From NCBI GenBank assembly GCA_964652335.1, contig CAZZDL010000013.1, forward strand, positions 3,865-22,149: a DNA stretch of 18,285 nt, in the 5' to 3' direction. Below the pieces are notes generated by a model. That model made no database searches and had not been told where the DNA came from. It worked only from the letters and a program-made list of their open reading frames with translations. Made by a program: the position numbers and the translations under genes. The DNA comes from Candidatus Micrarchaeota archaeon. GTDB taxonomy: Archaea; B1Sed10-29; WALL01; WAMD01. Below are positions 7,228 through 13,922 of the stretch, in pieces. Each line of letters opens with the position of its first letter. Position 1 is the first letter of the stretch.

Positions 7228-9260
7228 TGTATCTTTGCTCCTGGAGCTATTGGCTTTTCTGGAACCAGTAGGACTACATCGTCTCCTTGTTCTGCTGCTA
7301 GTAACATTCCTTGTGATTCTAGACCCATCATCTTTTTTGGTTGCAGGTTGGCTAGTATTATTATTAGCTTCCCTTCTAAATCTTTGGGCTTATACCATTT
7401 CTTTAGCCCGGCTACTATTTGTCTTTTACCTAGTTCTCCCACATCCAGCTCTAGCCTTATCAGCTTTTTTGATCCTTCCACGTCTTCGGCCTTTACTACC
7501 TTTGCTACTCTGATATCTAGCTTTGCAAATTCATCATATGGTATTTCGTTTACCATCTTTATTCCCTCCAGCTCTTTCCCTCTTTTTCCTCCGAATTTTT
7601 CTTTCCATTTTTCTATCTCTTCTTCTGTTATCTTCTTAACAAGTATCTTTGGATTGCCTAGCTTTGTCCCAGGTTTAAGGTTCAGTTCCCCAGCTGTGTT
7701 CCAGTCTGCGGCTTCTACACCTAGTAGCTTTAATGCTTCTCCAGCTATGTCTGGGATGAAAGGCATTAGTAGTATGGATGATGTCTTTACTGCATTTAGG
7801 GCCAGGTACAGAACAGTATTTCTCCTGTCTGCGTTTTCCTTTTTCCATGGTTCCTCTGCATTGAGATAAGCGTTCGCTTCCCTAGCTATGTCCAACGCTT
7901 TTTTCAATGCTTCTCTGAACTTTGGAATTTCAAGTTCTTTTCCAACTTCATTTGGAGCTTTCTCTAAAATGTTAATTAGCCTTTTGTCTGACTCATTGAA
8001 TTCTCCAGGTTCTGGTACAACAGAGTCAGAGAATTTCTTTGACAGAACCAGGACCCTGTTTACTAGGTTACCGTAGGCGTCTGCCAGTTCATTTACAGCT
8101 TTGGCAAACTCTTCCCATGTGAAATCTGTATCTCCTGTTTCTGGCATGACCATGGTTAGGGCCATCCTCCAATAGTCTGGAGGATAGGGCAGCTCTCTTA
8201 CGTCTTTGAGGAACACTCCAATTCCTTTGCTTTTTGAGAACTTCATTCCTTCGTAATTTAGGAATTCCATTGCAGGGACATTGTATGGCAGAATGAATCC
8301 CTCATTTGTTCCCATTAGTGTAGCTGGAAATATTATTGTATGGAATGGGATGTTATCCTTTCCTATGAAGTGTATTAGCCTAGTCTCTTTGTCCTTCCAC
8401 CATTCTTCCCAGTTTTCCCCAGCTTGGTCTGCCCAGTTCTTTGTTATGCTGATGTAGCCGATAGGCGCGTCAAACCATACGTAAAAGACCTTGTCCTCAT
8501 AGCCTTTTAGAGGTACGGGTACTCCCCACTTTAAATCTCGCGTGATTGGCCTAGGTTTTAGTTCGGGTATTAGTGACAATGCCCAGTTCCTGACATTTGG
8601 TTTCCAGTGTTTGTTGCCTTCCAGCCATTTTTTCAGAGGTTCTTTGAACTTTGGAAGGTCCAAATACAAATGCTTTGTTTTCTTGATTGTTGGCCTATTT
8701 CCACAGACTGCGCACTTGGGCTCTAGTAGCTCCTTAGGCTCCAGCAGCCTTCCACAACCTTCGCATTGGCCGGAATGCGTTTCCGTCCCGCAGTATGGAC
8801 ATTTTCCGATTATGTATCTGTCAGGAAGAAACATTTTACAATGCTCACAGTACAGTTGCTCTGTTTCCTTTTCTAGTATGTATCCGTTTTCCCATAGTTT
8901 GAGGAATATGTGTTGGGTCGTCTCATGGTTTGTCTTTGAGCTGGTCCTTCCAAATCTAGTGAATGCAATATTGAACCATTCGTAATCCTTCTTATGTTCC
9001 TCATGCATTTTTTCTACCCATTCTTCTACTGACACTCCTGCTTCCCTAGCAGCCATTTCACTGGCTGTCCCGTGTTCGTCTGTTCCACATATGTATATCG
9101 CGTTTTCTCCCCTTAGCTTTAGGAACCTAGTGTATATGTCACCAGGCAGGATGCAGCCTACCAAGTGCCCTAGGTGAGGTCTGTTATTTACATAGGGCAA
9201 CGCGGATGTAATTAGCCAGCGCTTTGGCTTTCGGCTTTCGGCTGCGTCCTTGTCGGTCAT
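7224..9260 (-). CDS. metG: Methionyl-tRNA synthetase with C-terminal tRNA-binding OB domain
   Basis: TSALPYVN..PHLGH, GTDEHG, four CxxC knuckles, YVWFDA, GKDNIPFH and KFSKS. C-terminal domain with SQGMLLAA. Confidence 0.98.
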   Translation of the reverse strand: MTDKDAAESRKPKRWLITSALPYVNNRPHLGHLVGCILPGDIYTRFLKLRGENAIYICGTDEHGTASEMAAREAGVSVEEWVEKMHEEHKKDYEWFNIAFTRFGRTSSKTNHETTQHIFLKLWENGYILEKETEQLYCEHCKMFLPDRYIIGKCPYCGTETHSGQCEGCGRLLEPKELLEPKCAVCGNRPTIKKTKHLYLDLPKFKEPLKKWLEGNKHWKPNVRNWALSLIPELKPRPITRDLKWGVPVPLKGYEDKVFYVWFDAPIGYISITKNWADQAGENWEEWWKDKETRLIHFIGKDNIPFHTIIFPATLMGTNEGFILPYNVPAMEFLNYEGMKFSKSKGIGVFLKDVRELPYPPDYWRMALTMVMPETGDTDFTWEEFAKAVNELADAYGNLVNRVLVLSKKFSDSVVPEPGEFNESDKRLINILEKAPNEVGKELEIPKFREALKKALDIAREANAYLNAEEPWKKENADRRNTVLYLALNAVKTSSILLMPFIPDIAGEALKLLGVEAADWNTAGELNLKPGTKLGNPKILVKKITEEEIEKWKEKFGGKRGKELEGIKMVNEIPYDEFAKLDIRVAKVVKAEDVEGSKKLIRLELDVGELGKRQIVAGLKKWYKPKDLEGKLIIILANLQPKKMMGLESQGMLLAAEQGDDVVLLVPEKPIAPGAKIH

Positions 9261-9282
9261 GGGTTTATTTTAGATATATGAA

Positions 9283-9290
9283 ATTTAAAA
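9283..9290 (-). promoter_or_regulatory. TATA-like box of metG
   Basis: Minus-strand TTTTAAAT 23-30 nt upstream of the ATG, consistent with a leaderless transcript. Confidence 0.55.
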
Positions 9291-9355
9291 AGAGTTTGTA
9301 TCCGTTGCAATCGTTAGTGTTTTTGCTGATCTTTTAGTCGTTTTCGTTTAATGGC

Positions 9356-9955
9356 CTACTCAAACAAGTTTACCGAGTCTTCTGTGAATTCAGATAAAAG
9401 CCTGTCTAGAGCTTTTTCTATGTTCCTTTCTTTTTCCAAGTATTCCTTAAGCTTTTCTACATTCTTTACCACGAATATCCTCTTTTCCAGTGGCAGTTTT
9501 GTTTTGTAGAGGTGTCCATACAGATATCTTACAGCAGATTTTGTGTCATCACTGTTCAGCTTTTCCTCTGCTGTTTTAAGAAGGCCATTGTTCTGTATAA
9601 AAAATTTGAAGTTCTTGTCATAGGCTGTGTCAAAGTCTTCACCACTCATAGCTTCATTTAGAGTATGGATCGCTACTATTTCTCCTAGAACACGCTTTCC
9701 TGCCTCGCTTATGTCCTCTTCAATTTCTTGTATCGCGTGTTGGGTTAGCTCCTCTTTTGCTAGATTTATGGCTTGAATGCTTGACTTGAGTGCATCATTT
9801 ACAAGTCTTCTGTACCAGTTTTTTTCTTTAGGGTCTGTCTCTGCTTTATGCTTTTCATATAACCTGTCTGCATCTTCCCTAGCTGTTAGGTAATCCTTCA
9901 GATAACTCTTTGCTAATTTGTAATGTTTTGTTTCTTTCTTTGGATATCTTGGCAT
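9356..9955 (-). CDS. Hypothetical charged alpha-helical protein
   Basis: 199-codon ORF with a TATA-like ATTTAAAT at 9977-9984. No recognisable motifs. Confidence 0.75.
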   Translation of the reverse strand: MPRYPKKETKHYKLAKSYLKDYLTAREDADRLYEKHKAETDPKEKNWYRRLVNDALKSSIQAINLAKEELTQHAIQEIEEDISEAGKRVLGEIVAIHTLNEAMSGEDFDTAYDKNFKFFIQNNGLLKTAEEKLNSDDTKSAVRYLYGHLYKTKLPLEKRIFVVKNVEKLKEYLEKERNIEKALDRLLSEFTEDSVNLFE

Positions 9956-10122
9956 GTTTAGATTTAGGTGTTGCCAATTTAAATGTATTTTTTGTTTGCT
10001 TATTAGTCTGACACGATATGGCGGACCAACTAATGATAGTGAAAAACCCTAAACAGCTAGACGTAAAAACCCTCTAGACAAGGCAAGGAAGAAATGGGAG
10101 AACTAGCCTCTTAAAAAATCTC

Positions 10123-10163
10123 CCTTTAGGGGGAAATATTTTTAAATTATTTCCCCCTAAAGG
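10123..10163. repeat. Palindromic site copy 1: 16-bp perfect inverted arms around a 9-bp spacer (33-bp core at 10127-10159)
   Basis: CCTTTAGGGGGAAATA-TTTTTAAAT-TATTTCCCCCTAAAGG. The spacer lies 22-30 nt upstream of the ATG at 10169. Confidence 0.97.
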
Positions 10164-10168
10164 AAACT

Positions 10169-11398
10169 ATGAAACTAGAGCAATACTTGCTGGATAAAAA
10201 AGAAGAGATATCTGAAGCCGAGGTCATACCTAGGGACTACAAAGTGCGCCTAAGTAAAGAATATGTAAACGTTCTAGTTGGACCTAGAAGGGCTGGAAAA
10301 AGCTTTCTCTTATTTGACATAATAAAAAACAAGATGAAGATACCTGAGGAAGATTACGTTTACTTGAACTTTGAGGATCCAGAAATTAGTGTTGAGAGAA
10401 GCATCCTAAAAGAGTGCATAAATGCCCACATATCAATATACGGAAAGAAACCAAGTTATATCTTTTTGGACGAGATACAGTTTCTTTCGAACTGGGAGAG
10501 GCAACTTTCATCATTGCACCTAGGAAAAAGATACAAGATTGTAGTTACTGGGTCAAACTCCAGAGTAACCAGCAAGGAGATTGCAACATCAATGCGGGGG
10601 AGAAGTCTATCGCATTTGATCCTTCCTCTTTCATTTCCAGAATTTCTGAGATTTAGGTATAGGGAGAAGTTAGATGAGTTCATGTCTTCTTATACCGAGG
10701 CGAAGATGAAGAGGAGGGTAAAGGAGTTTATGGAAATAGGTGGCTTTCCTCAGGTGGTTCTGGATCCCAAGTCCAAATCGCAGTTTTATAGAGACTACAG
10801 AAATGTTGTAGTATATAGAGATATTGTGGAAAGATACAACATAAGGGACTTGAAGCTCTTGATGTATCTTATGAGTACAATTGAATCTAGTGTTGGAAGG
10901 CCATTCTCAGTTCATAAAGTATTCAATGAAATCAAGTCAATGGGTATTAAAGTCAGCAAAAAGACTGTCTACAACTACTATGCATACATAATGAACTCTA
11001 TGTTTTTCTTTGAGCTGAAAAAATACTATCCCTCTATGAGGGAGAGAGAAAAAGCTCTTCCAAAGGTATATTTGTGTGATCATGGTTTCTTGGAAGATGA
11101 TGGAAAAAGGTTTGAAAACATGGTCTTCTTGGAGTTAGCTAGGCAGTTGAATATGGAGGATATGTTCTACCTTTCTAGCCCGGCGTCCGAGTTGGATGTG
11201 TATATCCCTAAGGGGATGATCGGGATTCAGATAACCCTAAATCCAAAGAGCGCTGTTGATAGGGAACTAAAGGGATTTTCCATAAAAAAGCTGAGGAGAA
11301 AATACATCATCTCTCTTGAGAAATTCGAGTCCATGGACAGTTCGATACGCTCTCTTAGTTTTTTAGATTTGGTTTCCCATAGGGGGAAATATTTTTAA
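10169..11398 (+). CDS. AAA+ ATPase, COG1373 type (AAA_14 + DUF4143)
   Basis: Walker A GPRRAGKS, Walker B IFLDEIQ, VTGSN, GGFP, DIVERY, KVYLCDHG, FENMV, and C-terminal ELD...IQI motif. Confidence 0.92.
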   Translation: MKLEQYLLDKKEEISEAEVIPRDYKVRLSKEYVNVLVGPRRAGKSFLLFDIIKNKMKIPEEDYVYLNFEDPEISVERSILKECINAHISIYGKKPSYIFLDEIQFLSNWERQLSSLHLGKRYKIVVTGSNSRVTSKEIATSMRGRSLSHLILPLSFPEFLRFRYREKLDEFMSSYTEAKMKRRVKEFMEIGGFPQVVLDPKSKSQFYRDYRNVVVYRDIVERYNIRDLKLLMYLMSTIESSVGRPFSVHKVFNEIKSMGIKVSKKTVYNYYAYIMNSMFFFELKKYYPSMREREKALPKVYLCDHGFLEDDGKRFENMVFLELARQLNMEDMFYLSSPASELDVYIPKGMIGIQITLNPKSAVDRELKGFSIKKLRRKYIISLEKFESMDSSIRSLSFLDLVSHRGKYF

Positions 11399-11412
11399 AT
11401 TATTTCCCCCTA
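11380..11412. repeat. Palindromic site copy 2 (12-9-12), identical direct repeat of 10127-10159
   Basis: TAGGGGGAAATA-TTTTTAAAT-TATTTCCCCCTA. Contains the ATPase stop codon TAA (11396-11398). Confidence 0.97.
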
Positions 11413-11526
11413 GAGATAGCCAAGAAAAACAAGATTTAGCTAGCTCACACTAGATTTTTAATATCTTCTGTTTTAATTGAATAGTCATTGAAAAGGAGAT
11501 TAGCGTCTAGTGGCAAAGGTGAGTCT

Positions 11527-11925
11527 ATGTTGGAAGTAGTTCCGATGAAATTGGAGCATCTAGAAGAGATAAAAAAATTATTTGCCAGCGAGGGATGGCA
11601 TCCCGAGGAGCTGCATTCCGGAAATACTATTGTTCTAGTAAATGAGCATGGCAAAGTGTTTGGAGGCATCCACTTTGAGGTTTTGCCGAATGGTATGGGG
11701 GAAATAAAATTCATCAAGGTTTCTGAACGCGGAGAAAGACATGGAGATAAGCTAGTGCAAGAGGCTTTGAAGGAATTATTCAAGCATGTAAATATGGTTG
11801 TTGCCACACCAAAAGGGCTAAGCCCAAGGATAAAGCGATTTTTTGAAAGGAATGGCTTCAGGGAGGCTCTAGGTGGAAAAATGGCAATAAAAAAAGGTGA
11901 GTGGAGGGCAAGGAGGAGGGCCTAG
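11527..11925 (+). CDS. GNAT-family N-acetyltransferase
   Basis: EIKFIKVSERGERHGDKLV (degenerate acetyl-CoA motif A) and FFERNGF. GGTGA RBS at 11518-11522 supports the ATG at 11527 over the TTG at 11488. Confidence 0.75.
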   Translation: MLEVVPMKLEHLEEIKKLFASEGWHPEELHSGNTIVLVNEHGKVFGGIHFEVLPNGMGEIKFIKVSERGERHGDKLVQEALKELFKHVNMVVATPKGLSPRIKRFFERNGFREALGGKMAIKKGEWRARRRA

Positions 11926-11949
11926 TCTGAACCCAATCCCAATTATCCT

Positions 11950-13245
11950 CTATCCTTTGGATGGATCAACCATCTTGCCCATGAATAATATTAGGCCTGT
12001 CCTGTTGTCCTTTATCAAGAATATAAATGGATGATCTGCCTTGAATATGTGAGTAGGCCTTACGGCTGTGATCATACCAATCGCTGTTGCGGCTGCGGCT
12101 TCTGTCCCCTCTTCGTTCACGTCAACGTATGCCTTGTGTAATACAAAGCTTATGAAAACCCTTTTTGGTGTCATCCCACTGAAATTTGCAAAAGGAGTAA
12201 ATGCCTTTTTCATCCCCATATCCTGGAGAGAATCGGAAAGTGAGTAACTGGTTTCTAGCTTGAACTTTGGCAAGTATATCCCGTCTAAATGCGTTTTTAT
12301 CATTTGAGATTCCCATGACTTAAGCTTTTCATAGCTCAGCTCCCCCTCAATATCATCTATGGTATAATTGTATACCTTTCTCTCTCCGGTCATGTGGTCT
12401 ATCATTTCTCCTTGTTTTGGCAGTATGATTATCATTGATAGATTCCCTTTGTATGGAAGCTCTAATATCTCAGCCTTTCCAGTATCCGCATAATTGAACC
12501 TTGCCTTGTCTGGCTTCATATGCATCATTTTCACAGTGACCGGCCCTTCTGGCGTTTTGAACTCCATATCTCTTGTTTCAGCTTTATCAAACTGCCATAC
12601 CCATGTCCCTTTGAAGTATATGGCATTGGTTATTATGAGCACAGTGTCAGGAGTTATTGCGGACGCAGGGAGAAGATCCTTTATTTTTCCGTTTGTCTGT
12701 TCCTCTATGAAACTGTTTATAGTTTCTCTTGATTTTTCTGGTTCGTTATTGAAGTCAAGGTTTGCAGCCTTCCCTCCATAATAGCTTTCAACCCTTTCTA
12801 CGTATTCCTTCATCAATGGGAAATCTTTTTGGACCCATAATGCGTTCCCTGTTCTGAGGGTGTACTTGTCTGATTTTTCATTTATCTTGTTGTAGATCCA
12901 AGCAAAGTTTGGAGCTAGTTCTTCCCTGTCTGGGAAGTGGAACACAGATGCGATCTCGTTGGCTGTATCTCCTCTGGCTCCTTCATATACTAGGCCAAAT
13001 GCGGAGGATATGCTGTAAGGTGAGAAGAAAACATTCTTGTTTTTATTTGTCTTCTCAAGCTCTAGAAACATGTTAATTGCAAACTGGTTATTCGCATGAA
13101 CTACTCTTTCAACTCCTTCTTGTGTGTAGCCTGTAGCATTTGCAACAGGTGGATTGGTGGGAGCGTATGGATAAAGGAAGAGTGCAGCTGTGATTATTAC
13201 TATTGCCAGCCCAGCAATTATCAGGGAAACATTTCCGGATTTCAT
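11950..13245 (-). CDS. Serpin (serine protease inhibitor) with N-terminal signal/membrane anchor
   Basis: NVFFSPYSI, NAIYFKGTW, LPKFK, hinge EEGTEAAAAT and FKADHPFIFLI signature. Confidence 0.97.
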   Translation of the reverse strand: MKSGNVSLIIAGLAIVIITAALFLYPYAPTNPPVANATGYTQEGVERVVHANNQFAINMFLELEKTNKNKNVFFSPYSISSAFGLVYEGARGDTANEIASVFHFPDREELAPNFAWIYNKINEKSDKYTLRTGNALWVQKDFPLMKEYVERVESYYGGKAANLDFNNEPEKSRETINSFIEEQTNGKIKDLLPASAITPDTVLIITNAIYFKGTWVWQFDKAETRDMEFKTPEGPVTVKMMHMKPDKARFNYADTGKAEILELPYKGNLSMIIILPKQGEMIDHMTGERKVYNYTIDDIEGELSYEKLKSWESQMIKTHLDGIYLPKFKLETSYSLSDSLQDMGMKKAFTPFANFSGMTPKRVFISFVLHKAYVDVNEEGTEAAAATAIGMITAVRPTHIFKADHPFIFLIKDNRTGLILFMGKMVDPSKG

Positions 13246-13355
13246 GGTTGTATATTGGTTTGCTTGTTTTTATCTATTTCCTTTTTCTTAGTGATTTACC
13301 TTAATTCTTGAGAAGCCTTTTAAACTAGTCACTCATTGAATTCTTAGGTGAACGC

Positions 13356-13832
13356 ATGGGCAGAGAAAAAACAGCAAAGCAATGGCCACTAGTTCTAGGC
13401 CTAGTGATCCTAGGGCTAGCTATCGGGGCTTTTTACCTTGCGCTTGGACATCAATCAGAGCCTCCTAGCGTGCTTGGCTTTGTCTATTCTGTATCTGGAT
13501 GCGCGAATAGCTCTGGACAGACGAAGTCTCTAGGACCTGGGGAAGAGGTAAAACCAGAGATCATAGTAAAGGGCAACAATATTATCTACCATAGAGCTAT
13601 AAATCATCTCTGCTGCAGAAAGGTGAATATCAGCTATGATATAAATGGAAATGAGGTCCGCATATACGAGGAATGGTACGGAGAGCCTTGTAAATGCATT
13701 TGCTTTTCAGAGCTGAAAGCCAACCTCACTCTTTCTCCAGGAAGCTACAGAGTGTACGTATACGCCAGGAACTTCAATCCAGGGGAGAACAAGGATGAGC
13801 TGGTTGTGTCCAAGGAGGTAGTAGCGAGGTAA
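13356..13832 (+). CDS. Membrane-anchored/exported Cys-rich beta-rich protein
   Basis: N-terminal TM helix with SGC, HLCC and CKCIC motifs and PGSYRVYV. GGTGA RBS, and TTTTAAA about 35 nt upstream. Confidence 0.8.
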   Translation: MGREKTAKQWPLVLGLVILGLAIGAFYLALGHQSEPPSVLGFVYSVSGCANSSGQTKSLGPGEEVKPEIIVKGNNIIYHRAINHLCCRKVNISYDINGNEVRIYEEWYGEPCKCICFSELKANLTLSPGSYRVYVYARNFNPGENKDELVVSKEVVAR

Positions 13833-13922
13833 CCTTAGCTTTTTAGCAAGGCAGTATCTGTCTTTTTACTACAAAACCAAAAACTAATTAAAAGTCATTA
13901 CCTATAACAATATCCGATTCTC

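Larger units (their letters stand above)
10127..11412 (+). mobile_element. Putative single-gene cassette bounded by direct-repeated palindromic sites
   Basis: Two identical 33-bp sites 1,253 bp apart enclose only the ATPase gene. Mobility is inferred, and no recombinase is present in the window. Confidence 0.45.

Noticed and set aside
9304..9345. GTTGCAAT resembling the start of some archaeal CRISPR repeats
   Set aside because: Single occurrence, with no repeat 3' end and no second copy.
10018..10077. 19-codon ORF containing a twice-repeated AAAAACCCT
   Set aside because: Too short, no recognisable motif, and a 9-bp A-rich repeat can arise by chance.
10127..11412. CRISPR array interpretation of the 33-bp repeats (given a Cas4-like gene in the window)
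   Set aside because: Only two copies, 1,253 bp apart, separated by an intact gene rather than a 30-45 bp spacer.
11380..11412. Simple intrinsic terminator hairpin
   Set aside because: It overlaps the stop codon, has no following T-tract, and an identical copy sits in the promoter position.
13833..13922. Replication origin next to mcm
   Set aside because: Only 90 bp, no ORB-like repeats and no orc1/cdc6; explained as terminator T-tracts plus a promoter.
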